Source: Octopus bimaculoides
Taxonomy: Eukaryota
Length of the DNA: 64,000 bases
Assembly: GCF_001194135.2 (NCBI RefSeq)
Contig: NC_069003.1
Span: forward strand, 28,081,614 to 28,145,613
Reading direction: 5' to 3'
This document shows positions 36,729-51,173 of this stretch, one piece after another. The first letter of the stretch is position 1; each line of letters starts with the position of its first letter. The notes below the pieces were generated by a model, which ran no database searches, had not been told where the DNA came from, and was given only the letters and a program-made list of their open reading frames with translations. The translations under genes were made by a program, and so were the position numbers.

Positions 36729-39634
36729 TATATACAATCCCCACAGTTTGATAGTAAATTGTTTTAAGAGCAGCTTACAAAATTTTTTTACAATTTACTA
36801 GGATAAATGTTTGTTGTTCAAGTGTTGAACACTCTAATATACTTAAAAAGTTTCATGTGTTGCTTAGCGACCTGTAAAGAGAAAAATAAAAAAATAAAGT
36901 CAGTTATCTAATATTTTATAGTAACCAATATAAGAAAGTCACAATTTTTATGCTTACATGCAGATATCAAAGTGATAGGCTCCTCCTTCAGTGTGATAAA
37001 ATATATCCTCTGGATATAGCCAAATAATATGATATTGGTTACAAACAAGAAAGTATGTGATAGATCCATGCATAATATCATGGTTGAATCTCTTGACACC
37101 ATTTGCTACTGTTACTATCATAATCACTACATTTCAGTTTGTTGGAGGTCTACATAATAATATCAAGTCAATTTGCTTCATTTCATACAAAATTATATGT
37201 TCAACATCAAATTGCGGGTGTTTGATAAATATCACAAATTTAAAACAAATATTTTAATAGTTTTATATAAGCAAATTTTTAAAATACATATGATTTTAAA
37301 TTTTTACATGTAGGAATTAATCAAATTATATAAATCTATGTCTATCAAGATATATATATATTGGAAAATGTTGAGTACATCCTTTCATTCTATTCAAGTT
37401 TATAATTGAAATAACATTATAACTATCATAAGTTATCATAATGAAATACATTCTGCAATAAAATAAAATTATTTAGTATTACACTTACTGTTATTTATAG
37501 AAAATATGGTTAAAATAATGAATGATTAGAAATAAATTCATGCATAGATATAAAACTGATAATGTTGGAAATTATATGTGTGTGTGTGTGTGTGTGTGTG
37601 TTTATAGCCTGAGCCCTGCTTTGTATTAATGGTAGTCTAAGTTACATACTCACAGACATAGACACACTCATAAAGATGCATCAGATATAGTGCATACATG
37701 AAGTATATACACATATATATATATATATCAACTATAGCTGTCATTTGCAAACACAGACACCCTATTGTCCCTCCCACCCTTAACCCAGTGGAATGTACAG
37801 ATATGTAACAACTGGTGGAGAAGGGCTGCACCAGCAATAGGTTGTTACTTCTCAAAAAGGATGAAAGGCTAAGCTGATCTCAGAAAATACTGAACTTAGC
37901 CAGAACAAATATCATGACACAATCAAGCTGATACTGCAATGACTTCACCAAGCATTTAAATCTATGTTCAGTGAACATTTTCAATGTTATATAATTTGCA
38001 TATTAAAAATGAAAAAGAGAAATGTTTTATTACATTGGAGGTATTTGATATTAGTCCTTTGTATGCAAAGCTGTATTATTCACAAACGTTCCATGCAAAC
38101 CTTTACAAGTACAGTAATATTATTAGTGTTTGTAAACATATTTAGTATATCACTTAATTGAATTATGATTAATTTATAAGTATTTGTAAGAACATTATGC
38201 CAGTGTACAAATTATCTTCACACCAGAAAATATCTAATGTTCATATGGTTTATTTTCAAGCAGCTGAAACATTCATTATGATCTAAATATTTTACTCATT
38301 AGGAATTTACAAATACACATAGTATATATATTTTTCATACATATACACACACATCTACATACATAAGAATGAACAAAATAATTGTTTTAAATTGTTTTAA
38401 AACAAAAGTTCATTTTAAACATCTGTGTTACTAGGATATATTTAATCTATTTTGGTCTTCTAGTGTGTAAAACATTAGTCAAAACAGTTTGTAGAAATAA
38501 ACAAATATAGGCAGAAATATTTATGGTATTACACTGTTAATACTCAAGTTTATCTACTACAAATACTAAACACATTGAAATATGAAAACACGATGTTAGA
38601 ATATGAAAACAAGATGAAGGAAATGAATGCATAGGTGCTCTATTACAAAAGCTATGTTTTCCATATGTTATACAATAGCAGTCAAAAAATTTAATATAAG
38701 AAGAAACTATAAAAAGATAAATAAACCACAAATAGATACAAACTACAAGAAATCACAAGTGGCTGTCCTGAAAATTGTTTGCAATTGGTGTCTGATCACA
38801 CATTTAAACAATTTTTGAAATGAAATTTTATGAAAATGATTTCCTCTAAAACCTACATAAAAGTTGTTTTAAAGAAGATAAAGCTTTGGTGAAAGCTGAA
38901 ATTATGATGCAAAGGTTTAAGGTTGATATGATAAAATATAGTTAACAAAAATAAATATTCTAAATATAATATTAAGAAGTACCTACTAATACTTTTTGAA
39001 TATATAATAGATACTTAAAATTGTCAATTGTTCATTGTCAACTATAATTTGCTACTTCAGCAAACAAAACTAATATACTTCAGGATATTTGATATAGTCG
39101 ATTTAAGTGCTGTTGTTACTATTTAATACATCTTGATCAAGCAGACTTATAACCAAATATATTCATGCCATGACCCTCTAGTATTTTCAGATATGGCTTA
39201 TATCAGACTACACTATCTAATATGTCCTATTTTTTAACGTGTAATTTGGGATAAATTTGTCTGTCATTGCTATCAGATGAAACAGCAAGGCAGAGGCTCT
39301 GTGATTGGTAGGTACAACCTTATATTGCATAATGCTGGTTTCTGAATATATACTTTCNNNNNNNNNNNNNNNNNNNNNNNNNNNNNNNNNNNNNNNNNNN
39401 NNNNNNNNNNNNNNNNNNNNNNNNNNNNNNNNNNNNNNNNNNNNNNNNNNNNNNNNNATATGTTATAATTTCCAAATCTCTCTTTTACACACCACTTTGA
39501 AAGAATTCTTTTTAGTTCGTTACTTTATATATATATATATATGGAAAGGAACTCCTTTGAAGTGGTGTGTAAAATATCCAATTCACTGGTACATCAGTTG
39601 AATACCACATAGAAATGGGTATAATGCAAATTGC

Positions 39635-40025
39635 AAACAATAAACTAAATAGAGAGATACAATTGACAATCCAATAATTTATTTATATTATAATATAACA
39701 TAATATACTATGAATGTAATATCAAACAATATTAAAAAAATCAATAAAAAGGCAAAAAAAGCCAACAATTTGTTCCGACTTATAAATATTTTTTGATATA
39801 TAAACAATTCAATTCATATATATGTCTCTTTAAACCTCTAACTCTGATGAGACTGATATATATATATCAAAATATGTACATAAGTTGAAACAAATTATTG
39901 ACTCTTTCAGTTTTTTAACAATTTTTTATGTTGCATTATATTATATTCATAGTATAATATTTTATATTATAATATAAATAAACTATTGGATTGTCAATTG
40001 TATCTCTCTATTTAATTTATTGTTT
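39635..40025. repeat. Long imperfect inverted repeat (arms about 39635-39801 and 39862-40025)
   Basis: aaacaataaactaaatagagagatacaattgacaatccaata... is the reverse complement of ...tattggattgtcaattgtatctctctatttaatttattgttt. The spacer is about 60 nt and contains CTGATGAG. Confidence 0.9.
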
Positions 40026-40788
40026 ATATATATATATATGTCAAATGACAAGAATGTGTGCTCATTGGTGAATAGAATTTCTTTATTTGTGTATCAAGGC
40101 TACCATTGGTTTCATGTTAAGAAAAAATACCTTAATATCTTAACAATTTTCCAAGCTGATCACATGGAGGAATGGTGTTCGGCTCCATTTTGTATATGTA
40201 TATATTTAAATGAACTGGAATTTTTCTGAGTTTCAAAAGCTGAGATAGGATGACATGGGGCTATGCTACAACTGTCCTACTTCTGACTGGAGTTCAAAAA
40301 TTCATAGAGAGAACGTGGCTCAAGTTAATATCTGTTCTGGATACAATTTAATTGGTAAACCATGATCGTAAGATTAGGCTTAGAAATTTCATGTGGTAAT
40401 ATTTTTAGTGCAGCAAGTTAAGGCCAACATGGTTGAGTGAACGTGTCTCTATATATATTGAATTAACTAATTAGGTTTGCTTCATGATTGAAACCTAAAC
40501 CAAAATTTCAAAATTAAATTAATGATCTTAACTTTAAGAAATTGATAGAAAGATAAAATCATTTCTTAATTTTATCCCCAAAATTATTTTTAAATATACG
40601 GACAACTTACTGTGATATACCTAGTAGTGAAAGAAATTTTAATAGAATACCAAAGGTAATTGTTTTAGAATTTCCGAATGTTGCATAATTTAATGTAATA
40701 TTGTCAAGAAAAACAAGCACTGGCAGTGGAACTACTAACTGATAATCCAAAATCTCATCCAGCAGACTCTTGTATCTGGTTTACATTG

Positions 40789-40862
<74 letters not shown>

Positions 40863-41736
40863 TGAACACATCATTACTAAAACTACTTGAAAAGATCAAA
40901 AATACAAAAATATAATCTATTAACTTAATTTGTAAATTCAAATTTTAATTTTCATAAATTAATAAACAGACATTTTAAAAATGATAATATTATATTTAAT
41001 ATCTACAGGATAAGTGTTTTAAGCAATTTTGAGAAAATATAAGTTACTTTATAGTGAATATGTTCTTGAAGCTGAAAAACTTGTGGAGGTGATTTCAATA
41101 CCTTGTTCTCAGATTGTTGAATTTATCAGAAAGAATTTTCTCTTGGATGTTATCAGAGCTACACTAATTTTTAACTAGATTAACAGAAGCTAATAAGGTT
41201 AACTGTCTTGTTCAAAGATAATATGGTACATGTGGTAAAGTAGGAATACAAAACACAAGATTAGTAAATTTAATATAGGGACAGGATATGCTATTTTCAA
41301 ATAATTTTGAACTTTGTTAATACTTTGTTATATACTATAAAGTTAATTTCCCTAACATACTTGATTTTTAATCCTATTTGTAATGCTTTTATACCTACAT
41401 TAATAGTTTGTAAAACTCATGAATGATTCCAGTTTGTTTTTGCCTTATTCATAATAAATAAATATTATGTTTTGACCTTCAGAGCGTAATTACAAACTTT
41501 TAACAGGACTAATAATAATTTGACAATAGTGTGCAGGAAATATTTAGTATCTTTGTAGAGTAAGTTAAGTATTTATTTAGTTAAAGCCCAAACATCACAT
41601 AACTGAAACTGGATTAGTGTCTGGTGCAGATAGACAAAACCAGATAGACAATCCACTGCAACATAGATTGGGTGTAGTGTAAATAAATGTGCTCTAAGAA
41701 CACAAATAGAAATTCTAGGGACATGCCTAAACTCAC

Positions 41737-42312
41737 CACAATAATCGAAAATTTTGGTTTTCAGAGTTTCAACATTTTTAACAAGTTTTCCAAAGTTTCG
41801 AACAAAGATTGTGTGTTCATCAGTGGGAAAAGATGCCACATATTTTAACTGAGTGGTTTCTTTTAATCCAATTGCAATAACAAAAACTTCTACTCCAGTT
41901 TCTCTTAGAAGCTGAGCTTCAACTACTGTTCGGTAACTGAATACATTTGATGCACCATCCGTTATCAAAACAAGGATGTTTTTAGCCAGAGGTCGGTCAC
42001 CTTTTTCTTCCTTGAATATTTTCATCCTTACTGAGGACAATGCTGAAGCATAATTTGTGTCACCATATGTAAAAGTAATGTTATCCAATGCTTCAAAAAT
42101 ATATTTTTCAGTCTCGAATGTATTTAGATAGAAATGAATTTGTACGTTTGTACTAAAAGTGGCCACACCAACCCTTGCTAGGCCCTGGTCAATTATAGCA
42201 TCAGATAGTGACATCTTTATGAAATTAATGATACTTTTAAAGTTTCTCTTCTTCACTGTTGTTGATGTGTCCACAAGAAAAACTATGTCAAAATCTAATG
42301 ACATACAGCCAC
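41737..42312 (-). CDS. VWA6 single-exon domain (GGCMSLDFDIVFLVDTSTT...IFDYC)
   Basis: Acceptor ctctag, donor G|gtgagt, 576 nt, phase 1-1. Confidence 0.95.
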
Positions 42313-42702
42313 CTAGAGAATAAGGCAGAATGGAGGGTAAATGTATCAACATTTTGTATACAGATCATACTTCAAAGAACTTTTACAGAATATTATAGTT
42401 TATTAGGATATAGTGATGCAGGAAATAACTTACATTCTATTTGTTAACAAAAATAAAAATTTTATGAATGATAATAGTATTTCTCTTCATGTAATAGATT
42501 TCATAACACCATTTACCATTACTTTACATATAATTGAAATTAAAAAATAAATCTAGGTAGAAAAGTTAAAAACAAATTATATATATATATACATATGTAC
42601 ACACATATTTTTACTAGTTTACTAGTTCCTATGTCAAGGATGTTGCAAAGCTGGGGCACTACAATTACCATTGATACTGCAGAAGCAGTAGTATACTTAT
42701 AT

Positions 42703-42746
<44 letters not shown>

Positions 42747-43634
42747 CTCTTTCCTGCCTACTCACTCTGTCCAAACCTCTATATCACCTCACTTATTCTC
42801 CCCATGTCTAACATCCCTCAAGAGAACATCTATCTCACTAACGCTTGCTTCTCTTACTCTCTGACTTACCCACTTTCTTTATCTTACTCTCTAACTCATT
42901 CTCCTTTCTATTTCAACAAGGGTATCCATGTATCTACCCAACTACAAGACTCCTGCCTCTTCCCTCTATACTTTTAATCTCTCATCAACTGGCACAAAGC
43001 CATCACACACACAGTACCACTCCCTGTGCCCAGTTGAGAGCTTTTGGCCTTGCATGTTACTGTTGGTAGTAGTGCCACATGAAAAGCACAAAGTACACTC
43101 TGTAAATTGGTTGGCACTAGGAAGGGCATTGAGTAGTAGAAACCATACAAAAACAGACAAAGGAGCCTGGCATGGTTCTCAGCTTTGCTAGCTCCTGTCA
43201 AACCATTCAACCCATGCCAGCAGGGAAAACAAATGTTAAATTATGACAATACCCACACATATTTACATACAACTGAATTACAGACATGGCTTTCCAAAAT
43301 TTTCTAGAATAATATTATTTAAAGTAGAGAGACAATTTAGATATAATAAATTATTCTATTATAGAAAACTACATATCAAAAATGCATTGCTGTGGGTAGG
43401 GAATTAGATAGTTCCCATATTCTAAGAAACTCAGCTTAATGAAATCTATTGCCAAAAAAAAATACAAATATATCTTTCTAAAAATCTTTTTTAATTGACA
43501 AGTCATGGTATTTCCACTTGTTCTCTAATTTTATATATAAACACATTTATATGTATGTATATATATATATATATACACACACACATATACATCCATATAT
43601 ATGCAACATATATATATATACTATGCATGTATGT

Positions 43635-43678
<44 letters not shown>

Positions 43679-43715
43679 TATATATACATCCATATGCATC
43701 ATATGCATGTATATA

Positions 43716-44068
43716 GATGCAGGTGTGGCTGTGTGGTAAGAAGCTTGCTTCCCAACCACATGGTTCCAGGTTTAGTTGCACTGAGTGGTACCTTAGGTAA
43801 GTGTCTTCTACTTTGTATGGCCTTAGGCTGATCAAAGCCTTGTGGATTTGGTAGATGGCAACTGAAAGGAGTCCATCACCTATGTGTGTGTGTGTGTGTG
43901 TTTGGGTATGTTTGTTCCCCACCACCACTTGATAACAGGTGTTGGTGTTTTTATGTCACAGTAACTTAGTGGTTCAGCAAAATAAGTACAGGATTAGATT
44001 CCCTAAATAAAAAATTCTTCAAGGTGCCCCAGCATGGCCACAGTCTAATGACTGAAACAAGTAAATTA
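43716..44068 (+). mobile_element. SINE family A, near full length
   Basis: Head gcaggtgtggctgtgtggtaagaagcttgcttcccaaccacatggttcc, an internal (TG)n, and tail gactgaaacaagtaaa. Confidence 0.8.
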
Positions 44069-44153
44069 TAAAATATATATATATATACATATACTTTGGT
44101 GAACCCAAGCTAAACTATCTAAACTGTTTATTGGGAGTTTTTATGAAACTTAC

Positions 44154-44180
44154 CAGAAGATGAAATTACAGGTGTGTGCT
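44154..44180 (-). CDS. 27-nt linker microexon (EHTPVISSS)
   Basis: Acceptor ctactttcttacag, donor CTG|gtaagt, phase 1-1. Confidence 0.7.
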
Positions 44181-44495
44181 CTGTAAGAAAGTAGTGGATA
44201 TTTTAAATTACTGATACATTGAAGAACAAATAAAATATTTAAAATCTCTAATATGTATAACATTGGAAAGATAGCTTTCATTAAAAATGCTGATATAAAA
44301 CAATACAAGATATGATTTAATATAAATTCCTGTAACTTCATTTCATATCTTTCACTAATGTAATCTTTGGTACCCAAAATTAAATAAGAAAATGGATGAC
44401 ATCATGACTTGAAAGGGTCAATATACCAGCCTCTAATAGTTGCTGTCGATCTTCTGTCCCACAACAATGCTTAAAATAGGCATGGTGTTACATAG

Positions 44496-44601
44496 TAAAA
44501 TGGACTTCTGTAAAGATAATATTCTAGTAAATTCCCAGTGGTGGCATTTAAAATGGACTTCTGTAAAGATAATATTCTAGTAAATTCCTAGTGATGGCAT
44601 T
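44496..44601. repeat. 53-bp tandem duplication (2 copies)
   Basis: taaaatggacttctgtaaagataatattctagtaaattcc(c/t)agtg(g/a)tggcatt occurs twice, with 2 mismatches. Confidence 0.9.
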
Positions 44602-45497
44602 AGGTCGACTATTGTGAAATATGGATGATGCACATAAGAAGACATGATAAAGTATTTGTTAACCAAATTACAAGAGATGATTACATATAAATAACTCAGT
44701 GTTTCTTCTAAGAAAAAATTGTGCTGCTCATGACATGACAGTGCTCAACACTTTGACATGATAGTCAGAAATATCTTTAACAAGATATTGTACTTGAACA
44801 CCATTTCACAATTCTTATATAACTTTCATTTTATTCAGGTTTTTCACCCAAAGAATTCATATGGGATATTATGAATCTTTGAAGAAACATGAGAAGCATA
44901 AACTTTGTTCATGTATTTGACAACCTTGCAAAGGAATTACTAGTCTTGTGGTAATGTCTAATTATCAGAGCTAAAGATAAGGATTTTAATGATTTGGAAT
45001 TATCTGTAAGGCAATTTAGAATTTACTTCAGTTGAATTCAAGAAATGTATTGGTATATCTGTCAATGATATGTTTAGAGATTAACATTAAAAGAGTTTAG
45101 AGAGATTAGAGAGAACAATAAAATATTAAATGAGTTATTTAACATGAATAGATATTTTATCTAACAATCCTAAATTTGAAATAGTGTCAAATACAACAAA
45201 CAAGTGGGAGTATTGCTATGAAAACTGAATATTTGGCTTCTCTGTCTTGTTCTCTTTCCTTTCTCGTCATTCATGGTATTAAAGGTTTTGTCAGAGCACA
45301 TCTAATATGGAATTAAAGACATGATGGACACAGGTAGGTTTAATTTCAAAATATATGTCAACAATTTATCATGGACATCATATTTATAATCATTATCATT
45401 GCTCATTAGTTCGAAACTGAAACTAAAAGCAAATCAAAATTTTTATCAAAGAATATTTTTTTAAATAATTGTAACTAATTTAAAGCTATCAAAATAT

Positions 45498-45567
<70 letters not shown>

Positions 45568-48157
45568 ACTAAAATATATATTAAAATATAAAACAGTATG
45601 AAGTATACCATTTGATTAGTATTCAATGCTCCTAGAATCAAAGATAGACAATAATATATATATTAAAATAATCTGAGAACAAACCAACTTCAAGAAAGAT
45701 TTTTGAGAATTTTACAAGGAATCAACAAGAGGTCTTTCATAAATGTAATTTAAGATTATTGCAACAATTATTCAAAGCAGAATGCTATCTTTTCCATAGT
45801 CATTGGAGTAGCAGAGAAATTGTTGAACCAAAGATAGTTAATTGCTTCAAGAACAAATTTGGAGAGTATTTAATTGGTTTACTGAAATAGTAGTGTTTCG
45901 TTGCAAACAGGTTATCATATGAAGGATTTGTTCCTTAGCTGGAAAAAAATAGTCAACCAAAATTTGAAATTTAAAATATCTAATGAAGATATGAATGTTA
46001 AAAGATGATGAAATATATTTGTATAAAATATGATTGTAAAAATATTATTACATAAGATTTATTGCAAACACTTACTCACACAGACATGTATACACAGATA
46101 TATATCCTCACAGGCATTTCAAGCCTTTAGCTGATTATCAATAAATCCTTGAAAATGTGTGAATTATGTTTGTTTAAAATAAATATAATCTTGGAAATTA
46201 TATTTTAAAATACTATCATAAACCAAAGAAACTATAATAGTTTTGAAAAATTCAGTCTTCAATTTGTTAATTTGTTCATGTTTGTTCTAACCACAATGTA
46301 CACAAATATGTTTGTATGTAAATATTCCAATATCACACCCACACTATACATATATGTGTGTCTGTGAGTGGATGTGATATACATAGATAAATAGATGACT
46401 GTGGCATCTCACTGATGTAAATTGCAATGAAGAGAAAATGTACTCAATATTGTTAAGTAGAGAGGAATAACACTTATCCAAAACTGAGTCTATATAACTT
46501 ATGCAGACTCAGCTTTGAATATATCTATATATACATACATGCTTTATTAAAATACATGCAGAAATACACACACCAGTGTACACATAATCAATCTAAACCA
46601 GTTTGTTCCTATGATGACTAAAGCAGAAGTAAATGTTAAACAGCTCAACACATGACTGGTTAACAAACATTTTTTCTATCATGAATATGCTATGTATTTC
46701 AATTAACAGTGATGGTGGCGATAATGATGATGATGAATTAGAAGAATAATGTATGTTGTAGCTATATTAATGGTAGTACTGAAATCAACAATAATGGCAA
46801 TGAGATCAACCATGTATTAGTTTGCTTATATAAAAAGTAGCACAATTGTTTTACGCATGCATTTCAAAAGATGTTTTCATGCAAGGCAGAAGATGTTTTC
46901 AGTGATATATAGTACAAATCAATGCAGCGTGAATGACAAAATGTTGAATGAGAAAATGAAGCAAAGAAGCAAAAGTATTGTAATGAACAGAAATGCTGAG
47001 AACATTTACCTGTGTGTTGAAACGTTCAATTTGATTTTAAATGATTGACATTTAACGTTGGTTTGGTTAAATGCCTAAATTCCTATAATCTAAAAATTAT
47101 CTTTTAGATAAGAATTATTTGAAGAATAAACATATAAATGGCCTAGTTTACAAAAGTAAGTTGTTAAATTCCAAATAAATTGAACATTTCTATTATATCT
47201 TGTGATGACAAATCAATAATAGTTACTGAAATCCTTATAGATTTTCAGAGTGTATATAGTGATAATGTAGTGTTTAATGAAAGGAGAAGCCTTCAGTGAT
47301 AACTTGTGCGTTTCTTGTGCTTGGTGGAATCAAGGATTTGTATAAGATAAATAAACATTTGGTATAATTAGAGATTGCAATGTAAAATATATTTAAAAAT
47401 TATACTTTTAAATATATTTCATAAACTGTTTTGAAATATTTAAAAAAAAAATTAATTAACCATCTAACTATATCTATAAAATAATTACAAATAAGTTACT
47501 GTTTCATATCATAATGTTAGTAGTAAATATAAAACATATTTTAGAAACAATTTGGTTAAAATTACTTCATGTTAATGATCTTGAAAATCTTTTGATCAAA
47601 ACAGAAATACACGAACCAAAAGTGAGAATCTTGTTATGAAAAGGTAACACCAGTAATGTAACCTATAAAGGATACTGACTTTGAATAGATTTTAATGTTA
47701 AAATCTAACTTGATAATTTTACTCTTCAAGAATTAAGCTGAAGGTGGTGATTGTTTTAATTATGTAGCAGACGAGAAAATCCAATCCAAATTAGAATTTA
47801 TGACTAAAAATGGCTTCTGTTATTTGTTTGTGTAGCTGCAGAACTGTCTAATTAAGAAGTGGTTAATCAGAGATATGTTTGATTAACATTCCAAAAAAAG
47901 ATGTCTCTATATTTTTTCCTCTAATATTCATGATTTACGATGGGTGAGAGTTTGTTGAGGAAGTTTTGTCTGCTATATTAAATTCCCTTTCTGTTGATAG
48001 GATCTGTAACTTATTCAACAGAATTTTAAAATCTATAGTTTATAGAACAAATAAATATCCTAATCAGAAACTATGAATATAAATATTCTATCGTTATATT
48101 GTGCACTGAAATACATGCCTTAAAATACTGAGTGGTATCACATATGCTGCAACTTAC

Positions 48158-48727
48158 CAAGGTCACAGAATTCAAATAGTTTGCCCTTTAAATTTTGAAG
48201 CTCATGAAAATCTTGAACATTAAATGTATAATCCTCAGAAGGCTGTGATGCAGACTGTTTTAGTTCTGAGATCTCAGCCAATCCAATACCAATGGCATAA
48301 ACTTGAATGCCTCTTTTATGTGCAGCCTTTGCTTCAATGCTGATTCTGTTAGTGTTCATATTAGAAATTCCATCTGTTATCAAAATTGCCACATCAATGG
48401 CACTTTCTCTGTCACCATGTTCAGGAGTAAACATTCTTGCTCTCATTGTGTGAAGAGCTCCAGCTGTATTAGTATTTCCATATCTATATCTGATCTTATC
48501 CAAAGCTGTAAATATTTCATTCTTTGTGAAATATTCATTTAAATGAAACTCAATATGAGATTGTGTACTAAAGGTAGCTACACCTACTCTAACCACTCCA
48601 GCATCAATGGTAGCATTAGATAACAAGTCTTTAATGAAAGCAACCATTTTCTTAAAATTTCGTTGCTCAACACTCGTTGAAGTATCCATCAGGAAGATGA
48701 TGTCAGTGCTAGTCGATATACAGCTTT
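48158..48727 (-). CDS. VWA5 single-exon domain (ESCISTSTDIIFLMDTSTS...EFCDL)
   Basis: Acceptor aatcttcag, donor G|gtaagt, 570 nt, phase 1-1. MIDAS intact. Confidence 0.95.
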
Positions 48728-49460
48728 CTGAAGATTAATAAACAGGAAAATTGTAAAATGTCAACTACTGTATCAAGACTAAATAGCAATGGTAAGGAAA
48801 GTTTTAAGATAATTAAAAGTAGAAATTCAGTTTATAATAAAATAGTCTTATAGGATAATGTGATAGTATACTCTATTAATGTTTTAATCTAAATATAATA
48901 TATTAAATGTAAAAAGCATGGAGATGAAGAATAGAAAGATAATAGGAGAAACAGAAAGAGAATATAGGAGAAAAAGAAAACAATGTGTATGAAAGAGTAA
49001 AGAAGTACTAAATGAAAAATGTATTTGCAATAAATACAGAATGAAGAAAAGTTTATTAGTTTTATTATTCCCTAGTTGTGTATGAGTGTTACTATTTATA
49101 AACAAAAATGTAAAATTAAAGTATCTCTGTATAGGATTACATGATCTAAAGTGAAATATACCTAAGTTAGAATGTTCCAGAAAACATTTGAGAATAAATT
49201 AATTAAATAAAGTTTATAAAGATCTAATTAACCACGATTTATAAAAATTTATGAAAGCAAAAACATTTGCAGTAAATAAGTAGAAATTAATTAAGCTCTA
49301 TTACAGAAAATATCAAAAGTCGCTATTTAATTATAAATGAAATACAGCTTTAAAATTGAAAACTGAAGTGGACAACTTTTAAAACAAACTTCTAAAAGCT
49401 AAATAACTATATTCCAAGTCAAAATATGAAAGAGTTAGAGAGGAAGTTCATGAGTAAGTG

Positions 49461-49940
49461 ATGGAGAGAGAGAAAGAGAGAGGGGGAGAGAGAAAGAGAG
49501 AGGGAGAGAGAAAAAGAGTGAGGGAGAGGGAGAGAGAGAGAGAAAGAGGGAGAGAGAGAGAAAGAGGGAGAGAGAGAGAGAGGGAGAGAGAGAAAGAGAG
49601 AGAGAAAGAGGGAGAGAGAGAAAGAGAGAGGNNNNNNNNNNNNNNNNNNNNNNNNNNNNNNNNNNNNNNNNNNNNNNNNNNNNNNNNNNNNNNNNNNNNN
49701 NNNNNNNNNNNNNNNNNNNNNNNNNNNNNNNNNNNNNNNNNNNNNNNNNNNNNNNNNNNNNNNNNNNNNNNNNNNNNNNNNNNNNNNNNNNNNGAGAGAA
49801 AGAAAGAGAGAGAGAAAGAGAGAGAGAAAGAGGGAGAGAGAGAAAGAGAGAGAGGGAGAGAGAGAAAGAGAGAGAGAAAGAGGGAGAGAGAGAAAGAGAG
49901 AGGGAGAGAGAGACAGAGAGAGGGAGGGAGAAAAAAAAGA
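49461..49940. repeat. Complex (GA)-rich simple repeat with assembly gap
   Basis: Directly visible gagagaaagagagggg variants and an N run. Confidence 0.95.
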
Positions 49941-50260
49941 CCGATAAAGTGAGATGGATATACTTGCAACATATAGTTTACAAAGCTAGATTTAATGTTT
50001 AATCTACAGCTGTTACATCAAAACATAATTATATATTCCAGCAAATAGATAAATACTATATGCATTTATCAAAAACAGCTGAAAAGTAACTAAATTATCA
50101 AATAACAAAATTACTTCTAAACCATCTAAAGTCTGAACAACAATTCATTTCTGAATATACTTAATAAAGTTGAATATATTTGAAGTACTTATTAATTCTT
50201 TTTTAAACAATAATAACTTCTTACTATTAATGAAGAATCATTTGGGGATTCAGTAAATAC

Positions 50261-50830
50261 CTGGGCAAAATTCTTTGAATACTTTAGTTCTTACTCCATG
50301 TAATTCATCAAAGTCTTGAACTTCAAATGTATTCTCAGTCGCCGGATGAGAAGCAATACGATTTAATTCTCTTGAGTCACTAAGACCAACACCAATAGCA
50401 TAAATATGTATGCCATCATTTTTGGCAAGTTCTGCTTCAGTGACAGTATTATAAGAATTGATGTTAGATACCCCATCAGTTACAACAACAGCTATGTTTT
50501 GCACATCTTCCCGGTCACCATTCTCTGCTGCAAACATTTCAGTTCTCATTACTTTTAGAGCATCAGCAGTATTAGTGCTACCATAGGTATACTGGATACT
50601 ATCAATAGCTCTAAAAACATCTTCTTTATTAGAATAATCACTAAGATGAAACTGAATGTTAACAGAAGTACTATACACAATAGCCCCAACACGCACAGCT
50701 TCTAGGCTAATGGTGGCATCTGTCAAAAATTCTTTCATAAATTTTTGAATATTTTTGAAGTTTATCTGGCTGACACTAGTTGAAGAATCCAGAACAAATA
50801 CAATATCAGCTTTGGCAGCTCTGCAACGTC
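50261..50830 (-). CDS. VWA4 single-exon domain (GRCRAAKADIVFVLDSSTS...KEFCP)
   Basis: Acceptor ctttag, donor G|gtattt, 570 nt, phase 1-1. MIDAS intact. Confidence 0.95.
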
Positions 50831-51140
50831 CTAAAGAAGGAGGTGGATATATTTGTTAAGATAAAAATGGACAGTACTTTATGTATTGGTTAGAATGACA
50901 GAATTAAAAAGTAGTATTGTAAATTTGATGAGGAATGCATATATATATAAGTTACATATTTTAGATTAGATAAATTTAAGATTAACTATGGCAAAATTGC
51001 GTTTGGTTACAAATATACAATATCACTATTTTTGAAAATTTCTAACTAGATTTTACATTATAGAAATTAACAACAAAATGATGTTATTTTTAGATTCTTA
51101 TCACTCTTGAATTCATTAAATATTCTTAGATAAAACTTAC

Positions 51141-51173
51141 CCCTAACTGACACAGGTGGTCGTGTTGGGGGTT
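51141..51173 (-). CDS. 33-nt linker microexon (EPPTRPPVSVR)
   Basis: Acceptor tttctttccttcag, donor GGG|gtaagt, phase 1-1. Confidence 0.8.

Noticed and set aside
38747-38767. 21-nt in-frame candidate microexon GQPLVIS
   Set aside because: The donor T|gtagtt is too weak to call without RNA data.
40611-40620. 10-nt segment with good acceptor and donor
   Set aside because: Not a multiple of three. Combining it with the 22-nt (33953-33974) and 103-nt (35780-35882) candidates restores frame length but gives an in-frame TGA.
42740-43230. Probable retroelement 3' fragment (ggttggcactaggaagggcat...)
   Set aside because: Looks repeat-derived, but I could not assign a family or boundaries without a library search.
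49448-49972. ER- and SL-rich ORFs
   Set aside because: They come from the (GA)n simple repeat plus a gap.
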